64,000 nt of DNA from an uncultured Candidatus Rokubacteria bacterium (GCA_963762145.1 CAVXJS010000021.1:992001-1056000); one strand, 5' to 3'; counted from the stretch's first letter, positions 18,680 through 28,556 are shown. Notes: generated from the letters alone by a model not told the origin. Translations and numbers: made by a program.

Positions 18680-19549
18680 TCAGAGACGGAGGCGCCGCAG
18701 CACGCCGAGCACGCCCCGCTCGCCGCCGTGCTGCGCGGCCAGGGCCTGCACGCCGGCCGCCAGCGCGGGACCGAGATCGGGATCCTGCGGGTTGAAGGCC
18801 CCGTCGTGGAGGGCGTCGAGCCCTTCCGGGGTCAGCGGGATGCCGTGGGCGCGCGCGTAGATGAGGATGGCGAGCCGCGCGGTCTCGTTGTCGCGCGCGA
18901 TGATCTGCTGCACCGTCTCCGCCACCGCGGCAGCCGCCGCGTTCCCGTACAGCCATCGGAGCGTATTGGTCAGCGGGCTCGTCGGCCGGTCGAGCTGGCC
19001 GTCGAGGAGATCGACCGCGAGCTGGCCGATGTGGCCGAACCCGTCGGCCCCATCTCGCACCAGCGCCTCCCCGAGCTCGTCGATCCGGCTCGGGGTCCTC
19101 GGAACGTCGCGGATCAGAGCCCGCGGGAGCGCATGCGTGAGCTGCACGACCGCGCTGGTGGTGCCGGCCGCGTCGCTGAAGAATGCTCCGCTGCGGAGCA
19201 GGTCGAGGACCTTCGCCGCCTCCTCCGGCGTGACGGGCAGGCCCGGGCGCGCGATGCCGCCGCCCACCTGGATCGCGCGCGCGAGCACCTCCCGCTGCCC
19301 CGCTTCGCCGGGTGGCTTGCGGGCGACGAAGAGCTGCTGCAGGCCGTGGCGGAGCTGCTCGCCATCGGTGCCGCCCACCCGGCCGGCGACCTCATCGAGC
19401 AGGTCCGGCGGAGGCGCCGGAGACGGCGCCAGCCCGACTCCGAGGACCGCGACCGCGGCGGGAAAGTCGAGCGCGCGGAGCTGATCGACCAGCCGCTCTC
19501 CCTGGATCCGGTCGACCGCGGCGTTCCAGAGGCCGTCAAACCCCTTCAT
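18680..19549 (-). CDS. Hypothetical protein (289 aa)
   Basis: Clean ORF filling the gap, protein-like composition; no recognised motif. Confidence 0.6.
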   Translation of the reverse strand: MKGFDGLWNAAVDRIQGERLVDQLRALDFPAAVAVLGVGLAPSPAPPPDLLDEVAGRVGGTDGEQLRHGLQQLFVARKPPGEAGQREVLARAIQVGGGIARPGLPVTPEEAAKVLDLLRSGAFFSDAAGTTSAVVQLTHALPRALIRDVPRTPSRIDELGEALVRDGADGFGHIGQLAVDLLDGQLDRPTSPLTNTLRWLYGNAAAAAVAETVQQIIARDNETARLAILIYARAHGIPLTPEGLDALHDGAFNPQDPDLGPALAAGVQALAAQHGGERGVLGVLRRLRL

Positions 19550-19600
19550 CGCCCCCGAGGATGACGGGAGCCCGTCGCAACCGTCAAACGATTTATGCCC

Positions 19601-19978
19601 TTACTGGGTGCCGGGCGGCCGCTCCTCGATCGCGTCCACCCGCTCCGGATAGAAGGCCAGGTAGCCCGCGATGGGCGCCACGTCCTCGTACGGCGCCTCG
19701 TAGCTCCACACCGCGTTCTCCACGGTGCGCGGACCGCTCCGGATGCTCCAGTAGGACGCGTCGCCCTTGTAGGGGCAGTGGGTGACGAGCTCGGTGCGGA
19801 CCAGGCGCGTCATGTCCACGTCCTCTCTTGGAATGTACGATTGATCGGCCGCCCCCGGCGCGCGCATGACGAGCGCCCGCGTCGTGTCGGCGACGATCGC
19901 TCCGCCCATCCGGACGATCACGCGGTTCGGATTGGGCGCGACGGTGATGCCCGCGTCCGCGGCCGGTCGGCGCGCCAT
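19601..19978 (-). CDS. DUF427 family protein
   Basis: YIPREDV, THCPYKGDASYWS, ENAVWSYEAP, IAGYLAFY. Confidence 0.9.
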   Translation of the reverse strand: MARRPAADAGITVAPNPNRVIVRMGGAIVADTTRALVMRAPGAADQSYIPREDVDMTRLVRTELVTHCPYKGDASYWSIRSGPRTVENAVWSYEAPYEDVAPIAGYLAFYPERVDAIEERPPGTQ

Positions 19979-20661
19979 CAGCCGAGCAGCCGCACCAGCT
20001 CGTCCGGCTGGCTCAGCATCGGGTAGTGCCCGGTGTCCATCTCCGCGTAGCTCCCTTTCAGCCGCTCGGCCGTCCGGCGCTGGTGCGGCTCGGGCGGGTT
20101 CTTGGCGCGCCGGCAGCGGATCACCGACACCGGCCACTTGCGCTCCCAGAAATCGGCCAGCTCCATCGGTGCCTCGAGCGCCGCGATCGGATGCGGCGTG
20201 TAGCGCGCGAGCGCCCACGCGCGGGTGGCGGGATCCAGGTCCGAGAACATGCGGCTCTCCGCGTCGGCGCGCGTCGGCGCGATCGTCACCGCGGTCACGT
20301 CGCCCGGGGGGCGGCTGACGATGTCGCCCACCTTCTCGCCCGGCAGCAGCGCGAGGGCGTCCACGAAGACCAGGCGCGCGATGCGGTCGGCGGCCAGCTC
20401 GGCCACCCGGCAGATGACCATGCCGCCCGAGCTCGTGCCGACCAGCACGATCTTGTAGAGGTCTTCATAGTGGAGCAGACCGGCAACTTCCCGGGCGTGG
20501 CTCCCAACGGTGATGCCGGGGCGGATCTGATCGGCGCGCTCGGCGCACCCGTCGAGCGTCGGCGCGTAGACCGCGTGGCCGGCCGCGCGCAGGCGCTGGG
20601 CCACCGGCTTCCAGATCCAGCCGCCCTGGTAGGCTCCGTGAACCAGCACGTAGGTCGCCAT
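19978..20661 (-). CDS. Alpha/beta hydrolase (esterase-like)
   Basis: VLVHGAYQGGWIW, LVGTSSGG, TGHYPMLSQP. Confidence 0.88.
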   Translation of the reverse strand: MATYVLVHGAYQGGWIWKPVAQRLRAAGHAVYAPTLDGCAERADQIRPGITVGSHAREVAGLLHYEDLYKIVLVGTSSGGMVICRVAELAADRIARLVFVDALALLPGEKVGDIVSRPPGDVTAVTIAPTRADAESRMFSDLDPATRAWALARYTPHPIAALEAPMELADFWERKWPVSVIRCRRAKNPPEPHQRRTAERLKGSYAEMDTGHYPMLSQPDELVRLLG

Positions 20662-20665
20662 CGCG

Positions 20666-21562
20666 CTATCCCTTCCCGCCGACCGTCACGCCGGCGAGCC
20701 GCTCGTAGATCTTCACCACCGCGGAGCCGTCCTCCTTGTTGAGGCCGGCCGCCCGCGCCATCTGGTAGACCTGCTGGGTCACGTTGGCCAGCAGCACCGG
20801 CACGCCGAGCTGCTTGGCGAAGGCGGTCTCCAGCTCCTGGTCCTTGAACGAGATGTCCACGGTGCCGCCCGGCGAGAAATCGCGCTTGAGGATCCGCGGC
20901 GTGCGCATCTCGAACGCGAAGCTGTTGCCGGTGCTCACCCGGACCACCTCGTACATCGCCTGCGGGTCGAGCCCCGCCTTCACTCCGAGCACGAGGGCCT
21001 CCGCGACCGCGACCGTGTTGACCTGGATCAGCATGTTGTTCACGAGCTTCATGGCGAGCCCCTGCCCGAGCCCGCCCATGTGGAACACGTTCTTGCCCAT
21101 CGCGCCGAACAGGTCCTGGCAGGCGGCCACCGTCTTCGCGTCGCCGCCCACGATGATGGAGAGCTCCCCCGAGGCGGCCCGCTCCGTGCCGCCGCTCACC
21201 GGCGCGTCCACCATCGCGATGCCGCGCGTGGCGAGCTGCTCGGCGAGCCGGCGCGCCACGAACGGGTCGATCGTGCTCATGCAGGCCACGATGTGCCCGG
21301 CCCGGGCCAGGTGGATGATGCCGCGCTCGCCCGCGAGCACCGCCTCGGCCTGCGCGGTGGTCTCCACCATGCAGATCGTCCGATCGGCCTTGGCCGCCAC
21401 CTCCGCGGGCGACGGCGCCAGGGTGGCGCCGCGCGCGCGCCACCGCTCGGCCTTCACGGGATCGATGTCGTGGACCACGAGGGAGAAGCCGCGCTTGATG
21501 AGGTTGAGCGCCATCGGATCGCCCATGGCCCCGAGACCGATGAATCCGACTGTGCCGGGCAT
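20666..21562 (-). CDS. NAD(P)-dependent oxidoreductase, 3-hydroxyisobutyrate dehydrogenase family
   Basis: GFIGLGAMG, DAPVSGG, KLVNN, FKDQEL. Confidence 0.9.
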   Translation of the reverse strand: MPGTVGFIGLGAMGDPMALNLIKRGFSLVVHDIDPVKAERWRARGATLAPSPAEVAAKADRTICMVETTAQAEAVLAGERGIIHLARAGHIVACMSTIDPFVARRLAEQLATRGIAMVDAPVSGGTERAASGELSIIVGGDAKTVAACQDLFGAMGKNVFHMGGLGQGLAMKLVNNMLIQVNTVAVAEALVLGVKAGLDPQAMYEVVRVSTGNSFAFEMRTPRILKRDFSPGGTVDISFKDQELETAFAKQLGVPVLLANVTQQVYQMARAAGLNKEDGSAVVKIYERLAGVTVGGKG

Positions 21563-21630
21563 TGTGCGGGCACCTCCTTGGGAAAGCGGATCGTGCGTCA
21601 CCGGGGACTATACCCCGGACCGCACGCCGA

Positions 21631-22398
21631 CTAAACCCAGCCGCCGTCCACCACGTAGCTCTGGTTGGTGCAGGCCCCGCTGTCGTCGGCGGCCAGGAAC
21701 AGCACGACGCGCGCGACGTCCTCGGGCAGGAGCTTGCGCTTGAGACACTGCCGGCGCAGTAATTCCTCCTCGCCCTCGGGCGTGAGCCAGAGCGCGATCT
21801 GCCGCTCGGTCATGATCCAGCCGGGCACGACGGAGTTGACCCGGATGTTCCGGGGCCCGAGGTCGCGGGCGAGCGCCCGGGTCAGCCCGACCACCGCCGA
21901 CTTGGCGCTGAGGTAGGCCGGCATCCCGCCCTGCGCCACCATCCACGACGTCGAGCCGAGGTTGACGATCGAGCCGCCCCCCGCCTCCGCCATCGCGGGC
22001 ACCACCGCCTGGGCCGAGAAGAACTGGTGACGCAGGTTCACCGCGAAGCGGTCGTCCCAGTACTCGGGCGTCACCGCCTCGATCGTGTGCCGCTCGTCGT
22101 GCGCCGCGTTGTTGACCAGGACGCGGATCGGCCCGAGTCGCGCCTGCGCGTCCGCCACCGCCGCGCGGAGCGCCACGACGTCGCGCAGATCGCACGGGAT
22201 GAATGCCGGCGCGGGGAGGCCGCGCGCGGTGAGCGTCTCGACGAGCGCCGCCGACGCTTCGCGCTGGATGTCCACGAACGCCACCCGGGCCCGCTGGGCG
22301 CAGAAGTGCTCGACGATGGCGGCGCCGATGCCGCTGCCGCCGCCGGTCACGAACACCACGCGATCCTCGAGGCTCGGATACGTCGCGGGCCGCATCAT
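21631..22398 (-). CDS. SDR oxidoreductase resembling D-xylose 1-dehydrogenase (Caulobacter XylB type)
   Basis: YPSL..RVVFVTGGGSGIG, VNNAAHDERH, VNLRHQFF, YLSAK, PGWIMTERQ..LW. Confidence 0.85.
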   Translation of the reverse strand: MMRPATYPSLEDRVVFVTGGGSGIGAAIVEHFCAQRARVAFVDIQREASAALVETLTARGLPAPAFIPCDLRDVVALRAAVADAQARLGPIRVLVNNAAHDERHTIEAVTPEYWDDRFAVNLRHQFFSAQAVVPAMAEAGGGSIVNLGSTSWMVAQGGMPAYLSAKSAVVGLTRALARDLGPRNIRVNSVVPGWIMTERQIALWLTPEGEEELLRRQCLKRKLLPEDVARVVLFLAADDSGACTNQSYVVDGGWV

Positions 22399-22451
22399 GG
22401 CGCCCAACCTAGCACAGGTGGCCGCCCGTGCTAGGCTCCGGCGCGGGAGCC

Positions 22452-23318
22452 ATGGACCCGATCACCCTGCGCGCAGGAGACGCCGCCGTCGAGCTGGTGC
22501 CGGAGGCCGGCGGGGCGGTCACCCGCTACTGGCTCGCGCGCGGGTCGGTGACGCGCGACTGGCTGCGCCCGACTCCGGTCGGCGTGCGGCGCGGGGGCGC
22601 GGCGGCCCGGGCCGCCGCCTTTCCGCTCGTGCCCTATTCCAATCGGATCCGCGCCGGCCGCTTCTCGTTCCGCGGCCGCGCGGTCGTCGAGCCGCTCAAC
22701 TGGCCGCCGGAGCGGCACGCGATTCACGGTCACGGCTGGCAGGCCCGCTGGCAGCCCATCGACGTGGGGGCCGCGGAAGCGCGCCTCGAATACCGGCACC
22801 CGGCCGGAGCCTGGCCGTGGGCCTATCGGGCCACCCAGCACTTCACGCTCACGCCGTCGAGCCTGACCATCGCGCTGAGCCTCTCGAACGAGAGCGACGC
22901 TCCCATGCCCGCCGGCGTCGGCTGGCACCCCTACTTTCCCCGCACCGCGCGCGCGACGATCAGCGCGGACGTGCGCGGCATGTGGCGCACGGACCGGGAG
23001 AAGCTGCCGACCGAGCTGGTCGCCCCGCCCGCGGCGCCCTTCGCGCGCGGGAGGGACAACTGCTTCGTGGGCTGGGGCCGGCGCGCGACGATCCACTGGC
23101 CCGAGCTGGACGCGGGGCTCGTGATGCAGGCGCAGCCGCCGCTCGACTACCTCGTGGTCTTCACGCCCGCGCGCCGCCCATTCTTCTGCGTCGAGCCGGT
23201 CAGCCACGTGACCGACGCGTTCAACCTCGCGGACGCGGGGCGGGACGGCACCGGGATCCTCGTGCTGGAGCCGGGCGAGACGCTACGGACGGCGGTCGTC
23301 CTGACCCCGGAGCTCTGA
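22452..23318 (+). CDS. Aldose 1-epimerase family protein
   Basis: FPLVPYSNRI, HAIHGHGW, GWHPYF, DNCF, FFCVEPVSH. Confidence 0.88.
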   Translation: MDPITLRAGDAAVELVPEAGGAVTRYWLARGSVTRDWLRPTPVGVRRGGAAARAAAFPLVPYSNRIRAGRFSFRGRAVVEPLNWPPERHAIHGHGWQARWQPIDVGAAEARLEYRHPAGAWPWAYRATQHFTLTPSSLTIALSLSNESDAPMPAGVGWHPYFPRTARATISADVRGMWRTDREKLPTELVAPPAAPFARGRDNCFVGWGRRATIHWPELDAGLVMQAQPPLDYLVVFTPARRPFFCVEPVSHVTDAFNLADAGRDGTGILVLEPGETLRTAVVLTPEL

Positions 23319-23510
23319 CCCGGGCGCCTTCGGCATGATGAGCCAGAGGATGAGGTAGGCGAGGATTCCCGGAAACGCGACCGACACGCACGAGACCACC
23401 ACGTACAGGATGCGGACCAGGGTCGGATCCCAGCCGAGCCACTCCGCGATGCCGCCGCAGACGCCGGCGATCATCTTGTGCTCGCGCGAGCGCTGAAGGG
23501 GCACGGCCAT
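23283..23510 (-). CDS. PspC domain protein
   Basis: RSREHKMIAGVCGGIAEWLGWDPTLVR...AYLILWLIMP. Confidence 0.9.
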   Translation of the reverse strand: MAVPLQRSREHKMIAGVCGGIAEWLGWDPTLVRILYVVVSCVSVAFPGILAYLILWLIMPKAPGSELRGQDDRRP

Positions 23511-23561
23511 GCCGCTAGCGGGTGATCTCGTGCGGCCCGAGCAGCCGGGCGACCATCCGGG

Positions 23562-23891
23562 CTAGCTGCCTCCGGTCCGGTGCTCCCCGTCGTCTCCCGA
23601 GGCCACGAGATGCGCCCGGCGCTCCGGAGAGAGCTGCGGGTGCCGCCGCTCCAGGAGCGCGGCGAGCCGGCCGAGGACCGTCTGGAGCTCGTCGCGCTCG
23701 GCCCGCAGTCGCTCCACCTCCGCCTCCAGCTGGACGAGCTGACGCTCGGACCCCGGGTCGGCGGTGAGGCCGGGCAGGCCGAGCCCCTCGTCCGGCGGCA
23801 CGCGGCGGGTCGAGAACACCACGCCCAGGACGCCCGCCAGGAACAGCGCGATGGCCAGCCCGAACAGCCAGACCCCCGGATCGTAGAGCAT
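23562..23891 (-). CDS. Hypothetical single-TM coiled-coil protein
   Basis: N-terminal hydrophobic helix then LEAEVERLRAERDEL; TTGACC-16-TACACT promoter 7 nt before ATG. Confidence 0.65.
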   Translation of the reverse strand: MLYDPGVWLFGLAIALFLAGVLGVVFSTRRVPPDEGLGLPGLTADPGSERQLVQLEAEVERLRAERDELQTVLGRLAALLERRHPQLSPERRAHLVASGDDGEHRTGGS

Positions 23892-24025
23892 GACGGTCAG
23901 TGTACGGATTCTGTGCGGGAGGTCAAAGAACTCCGGGAGGCTTGACCCCACGCCCGCCTTGGGCGCAGGATCGGGCCCAGCCGCCGCGAACGCTGTCGAG
24001 CGCGAACCCCATCGAGGAGGACCGA

Positions 24026-25237
24026 GTGATACGCCGACTCAAGATCGCGTTGGTTGCACTCGCCGTCGTCGTGCTCCTGACCCCGACCGTCGGCGGCGCC
24101 CAGGAAGGGGTGGTCAAGATCGGGGTGCTGGACGACATGTCCGGCCCCTACGCGGACAATACCGGGCCGGGCGACCTCCTGGCGGTGCGGATGGCGGTGG
24201 CGGATTTCGGCGGCGCCGTGCTCGGCAAGCCGATCGAGGTGATCTCGGCCGACATGCAGAACAAGGTCGACGTCGGGGTCGGGATCGCGCGGCGGTGGTA
24301 CGAGCAGGACCAGGTGGACCTGATCGTCGGCATCCCGCACTCCGCGATCGCCCTCGGGGTGGTGAAGCTGGCCGAGCAGACGAACCGGCTGGTGATGCCC
24401 ACCGGCGCCGCGACCGCCGAGCTGACCGGGAAGGCGTGCTCGGCCCACAGCGTGCACTGGGTCTACGACACCTACGGGCAGGGCAAGACCCTCGCCAACG
24501 CGATCGTGAAGCAGGGCGGGGATACCTGGTTCTTCATCACGGTGGACTACGCCTTCGGCCACGCGCTCGAGCAGAACGCGACCGAGTTCGTGAAGGCGGC
24601 GGGCGGCAAGGTGCTGGGCTCCGCCCGGCATCCGCTGAACAACGCGGACTTCTCCTCCTATCTGCTCCAGGCGCAGAGCTCGAAGGCGAAGGTGGTGGTG
24701 ATGGCGAACGGTGGCGCCGACATCACCAACGCCATCAAGCAGGCCAACGAGTTCGGGCTCGAGCGGAGCGGGCAGAAAGTGGCCGCGCTCCTGATCCAGT
24801 ATCCGGAGGTGCGCGCCATCGGCCTGCGCACCGCGCAGGGACTGCTGATGGCCAGCTCGTTCTACTGGGACATGACGCCGGAGGCGCGCGCCTTCAGCGA
24901 CCGCTTCGCCGCCGCGAGGGGCATGCCGCCCACCATGATCCAGGCCGGGACCTACGGCGCCACCCTGCACTACCTCCGGGCGGTGAAGGCGGCCGGCACC
25001 GACGAGGCCAAGGCGGTCATGGCGAAGATGAAGGAGCTGCCGATCAACGACTTCATGACGAAGAACGGACGCATCCGGGAAGACGGCCGGGTGATCCGCG
25101 ACATGTACCTCATGCAGGTGAAGACGCCGGAGGAGTCGAAGGGCGAGTGGGATCTCGCCAAGATCGTGGGCACGATTCCCGGCGAGCAGGCCTTCCGCCC
25201 GCTCGCCGAGGGTGGCTGCCCGCTCGTGAAGAAGTAG
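24026..25237 (+). CDS. ABC transporter substrate-binding protein, branched-chain amino acid (PBP1) family
   Basis: Signal peptide, VKIGVLDDMSG, ADMQNK, WFFITVDYAFG, GRIREDGRVIRDMYL; SD GAGGAGG. Confidence 0.92.
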   Translation: MIRRLKIALVALAVVVLLTPTVGGAQEGVVKIGVLDDMSGPYADNTGPGDLLAVRMAVADFGGAVLGKPIEVISADMQNKVDVGVGIARRWYEQDQVDLIVGIPHSAIALGVVKLAEQTNRLVMPTGAATAELTGKACSAHSVHWVYDTYGQGKTLANAIVKQGGDTWFFITVDYAFGHALEQNATEFVKAAGGKVLGSARHPLNNADFSSYLLQAQSSKAKVVVMANGGADITNAIKQANEFGLERSGQKVAALLIQYPEVRAIGLRTAQGLLMASSFYWDMTPEARAFSDRFAAARGMPPTMIQAGTYGATLHYLRAVKAAGTDEAKAVMAKMKELPINDFMTKNGRIREDGRVIRDMYLMQVKTPEESKGEWDLAKIVGTIPGEQAFRPLAEGGCPLVKK

Positions 25238-25241
25238 GGCG

Positions 25242-26063
25242 GTGGACCCCATCGACCCCATGCGATTCGACGGCAAAGTCGTGCTCATCTCGGGCGCCGG
25301 ATCGGGCATCGGCCGGGCCACCGCGCTCGGCTTCGGCGAGCGGGGCGCGCGGGTGGCGGTGGCCGACATCGACGAGGCCAGGGCTCTGGCGGTGACCGCC
25401 GAGATCGTGAAGGCGGGCGGCCACGCGACCGCCATCGTGGCGGACGCGGGCAGCCCGGCCGGGATCGAGGCGATGATCGCGGGCACCGTGAAGGCCTTCG
25501 GCGGCCTCGACGTCCTCCACAACAACGCCTTCGGCCAGCCCGCGCTGCCCGCGGGACGGAGCCGGCTCGCGTTCACCGCCGACATCGACGAGGCGGTGTG
25601 GACCCACACCATCGAGCTCGGCCTCACCGGGGTCTTCCGGGCGATGAAGCGGGCCATCCCGGAGCTGCTCGCGCGGGGCGGCGGCGTCATCGTCAACACC
25701 GCGTCCATCTCCGGCCTCTTCGCCGACTTCGCGATCGGGGCCTACAACACGGCCAAGGCGGGCGTGATCAACCTCACGCGGGTGGCCGCGATCGAGTACG
25801 CGGCGCGCGGGATCCGGGTCAACTGCGTCTGCCCCGGAGCGATCGACACGCCCCTGCTGCGCCCTTCGCTCGGCCTGCGCGGCTTCGGGGAGGCCACCAC
25901 CGCCATGATCCCGATGCGAAGGCTCGGACGGCCCGAGGAGATCGCGGCGTGCGTGATGTTCCTCGCCTCCGACCTGGCGTCCTACGTCACCGGTGCGGCG
26001 CTGGTCGCCGACGGCGGGCTCACCGTGCAGACCGGGATGCCCTCGCGGATCCCGCTGCCGTGA
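25242..26063 (+). CDS. SDR family oxidoreductase
   Basis: SGAGSGIG, HNNA, YNTAK, VNCVCPG. Confidence 0.92.
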   Translation: MDPIDPMRFDGKVVLISGAGSGIGRATALGFGERGARVAVADIDEARALAVTAEIVKAGGHATAIVADAGSPAGIEAMIAGTVKAFGGLDVLHNNAFGQPALPAGRSRLAFTADIDEAVWTHTIELGLTGVFRAMKRAIPELLARGGGVIVNTASISGLFADFAIGAYNTAKAGVINLTRVAAIEYAARGIRVNCVCPGAIDTPLLRPSLGLRGFGEATTAMIPMRRLGRPEEIAACVMFLASDLASYVTGAALVADGGLTVQTGMPSRIPLP

Positions 26064-26097
26064 CGCGCGGGGGCGGGGGACGCGGAGGGCGGGCGAC

Positions 26098-27216
26098 GTG
26101 ATCATCGGCGTGCCGCGCGAGATCAAGTCCGGCGAGCAGCGCGTCGCGCTGACCCCGCCCGGCGCCCGCGCCCTCGTCGAGGGCAATCACCGCGTGATCG
26201 TCGAGCGGGGCGCCGGCCTCGGCAGCAGCATCCGCGACGAGGAGTACACGCGCGAGGGCGCGAGCCTCGGGTCGGTCGAGGAGGTCTGGCGCGAGGCCGA
26301 GCTGATCCTCAAGGTGAAGGAGCCGGTGCCGGAGGAGTACGGCCGGATACGGACCGGCCAGATCCTCTTCACCTATCTCCATCTCGCGCCCGCCCCGGAG
26401 CTGGCGCGCGCGCTCCAGGCCTCGGGGGTCATCGCGATCGCCTACGAGACGGTGCAGCGCGCCGACGGCACGCTGCCCCTGCTCGCGCCGATGAGCGAGG
26501 TCGCCGGGCGCCTCTCGGTGCAGGAGGGCGCGTTCTTCCTCACCAAGGCGCGCGGCGGCCGCGGCATCCTGCTCGCCGGCGTGCCCGGCGTGCCGCCCGG
26601 CAACATCGTGGTGCTGGGCGCGGGCACCGTCGGCGTCAACGCCGCGCGCATGGCGCTGGGCCTGGGCGCCGACGTCTCGATCCTCGACATCAATCTCGAT
26701 CGCCTGCGCGCGGTGGACGATCTCTTCCACGGCCGCGTCATCACGCTGGTGTCCAACAGCTTCAACATCAGCCAGGTGCTGCGCCGGGCCGACCTGCTGG
26801 TCGGCGCGGTGCTCGTCACCGGCGCCCTGGCCCCGGTGCTGGTCACCAAGGAGATGGTGGCCTCCATGAAGGAGGGCTCGGTGATCGTGGACGTGGCGGT
26901 CGACCAGGGCGGGACCGTCGAGACGATCCACCCGACCACGCTCAGCGACCCGACCTATCTCGTCAACGGCGTCGTCCACTACGGCGTCGCCAACATGCCG
27001 GCGCTGGTGCCCCGCACGTCCACCTTCGCGCTGACCAACGCCACGCTGCCCTACGTGCTCGAGCTGGCCGGCAAGGGCCTGGCCGCGGCGGTGCGGGACA
27101 ATGCGGCGCTCGCGAAGGGCGTCAACATCTGGCGCGGGCGCGTCGTGCACCCGGCGGTGGCGGAAGCGCTCGGAGAGCCGGCCACCCCGCTCCAGACACT
27201 CGTCGAGAGGAGCTGA
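26098..27216 (+). CDS. ald: Alanine dehydrogenase
   Basis: GVPREIK..EQRVALTP, KVKEP, FTYLHLA, MSEVAGR, DVAVDQGG, ANMPA. Confidence 0.93.
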   Translation: MIIGVPREIKSGEQRVALTPPGARALVEGNHRVIVERGAGLGSSIRDEEYTREGASLGSVEEVWREAELILKVKEPVPEEYGRIRTGQILFTYLHLAPAPELARALQASGVIAIAYETVQRADGTLPLLAPMSEVAGRLSVQEGAFFLTKARGGRGILLAGVPGVPPGNIVVLGAGTVGVNAARMALGLGADVSILDINLDRLRAVDDLFHGRVITLVSNSFNISQVLRRADLLVGAVLVTGALAPVLVTKEMVASMKEGSVIVDVAVDQGGTVETIHPTTLSDPTYLVNGVVHYGVANMPALVPRTSTFALTNATLPYVLELAGKGLAAAVRDNAALAKGVNIWRGRVVHPAVAEALGEPATPLQTLVERS

Positions 27217-27218
27217 CC

Positions 27219-28049
27219 ATGAGCCAGCCGACCCTGACCGTCGAGAAGCTCACGCCCCACATCGGCGCCGAGGTGCTCGGCGTGGACCTGGCGCGACCGC
27301 TCGACGAGTCGACGTTCAAGCAGGTCCACGACGCCCTCATCGAGAACCAGGTGATCTTCTTCCGCGACCAGCACCTGACGCCCGACCAGCACAAGGCGTT
27401 CGGGCGCCTCTTCGGCGAGCTGGCCGTGCATCCCGCCGCCCCCGGATTGGTCTCGGGCCATCCCGAGATCCTCGTGATCCACGCGGACGAGAATTCCAAG
27501 CACGTGGCGGGCGAGAACTGGCACTCCGACGTCTCCTGCGACCCCGAGCCGCCGATGGGCAGCATCCTCTATATGCACGAGCTGCCCCCCGTCGGGGGCG
27601 ACACCCTCTTCGCCAGCATGTACGCGGCCTACGAGGCCCTCTCCGAGCCGATGAAGCGACTGCTCGAGGGCATGACCGCGATCCACCGCGGCGAGCACGT
27701 CTACCGTGGCCGCTACGGCGTGAAGGACGAGGGCAAGAGCTTCCCGGAGGCGGAGCACCCGGTGATCCGCACCCACCCGGTCTCCGGCCGCCGGGCGCTC
27801 TTCGTCAACCGGACCTTCACCACGCGCATTCCGCAGCTCAGCCGCACCGAGAGCGCGGGCGTGCTGCGCATGCTCTACGAGCACCTCGAGACGCCGGAGT
27901 TCCAGTGCCGCTTCCGGTGGCGCGTCGACTCGGTGGCGTTCTGGGACAACCGCGCCGTCCAGCACCACGCGATGTGGGACTACTTCCCACAGCGCCGCCA
28001 CGGCCACCGCGTGACCGTGAAGGGGGACCGGCCGTTCTACCGGGCCTAG
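27219..28049 (+). CDS. TauD/TfdA family 2-oxoglutarate-dependent dioxygenase
   Basis: WHSD, GGDTLFA, HPVIRTHP, WDNRAVQH. Confidence 0.93.
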   Translation: MSQPTLTVEKLTPHIGAEVLGVDLARPLDESTFKQVHDALIENQVIFFRDQHLTPDQHKAFGRLFGELAVHPAAPGLVSGHPEILVIHADENSKHVAGENWHSDVSCDPEPPMGSILYMHELPPVGGDTLFASMYAAYEALSEPMKRLLEGMTAIHRGEHVYRGRYGVKDEGKSFPEAEHPVIRTHPVSGRRALFVNRTFTTRIPQLSRTESAGVLRMLYEHLETPEFQCRFRWRVDSVAFWDNRAVQHHAMWDYFPQRRHGHRVTVKGDRPFYRA

Positions 28050-28072
28050 CGTCGTCCGTGGCGAATCGGCGG

Positions 28073-28540
28073 TCAGGGAATCGTGACTCGGCCGGAAGTC
28101 GAGACGGAGACGGTAAGCGTCGAGCCCGAGGTAGTGTTCATCACCGTGTAGGTCGCTTCCGGGATCGAGCGTCCCAGATAATCGAAGACGGGGCTCGCCG
28201 AGGCGCTCACGGTGAAACCAGGTTGCAGCGCGATGTTGCCGGCCGCGTCGGTGATGGAGCCGAGCCAGGGAGTGCCCATACACCCGGTGTCCAGATGAAA
28301 GGATATCTGGGTCGGCGCCGGCACCTGAACGCAGACGAAGGTTCTCTGATCAATTGCGAGCTGGCGGGCTTGGGTCAGAAGGGTCCGGATGTGCTGCGCC
28401 CCGGTCGTGTTCTGGGCATTGTGATAGTAGGAGAGAGCCATCGGGACGGTGACCGAAATCAGGACCCCGGTGATGCCGAGGACCACGAGAAACTCGCTCA
28501 AGCCGAAGCCCGCCCGACTGGCCTTTACCGAGTCAGGCAC
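28073..28540 (-). CDS. FimT/GspH-like minor pilin
   Basis: Prepilin site AG|FGLSE, hydrophobic helix, ARQLAI, Cys pair, C-terminal GRVTIP. Confidence 0.8.
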   Translation of the reverse strand: MPDSVKASRAGFGLSEFLVVLGITGVLISVTVPMALSYYHNAQNTTGAQHIRTLLTQARQLAIDQRTFVCVQVPAPTQISFHLDTGCMGTPWLGSITDAAGNIALQPGFTVSASASPVFDYLGRSIPEATYTVMNTTSGSTLTVSVSTSGRVTIP

Positions 28541-28556
28541 GGATCGAGCGCGGCCG

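Noticed and set aside
26069-26093. G-quadruplex-like motif over the ald ribosome-binding site
   Set aside because: G-runs are expected by chance at this GC content; no supporting evidence
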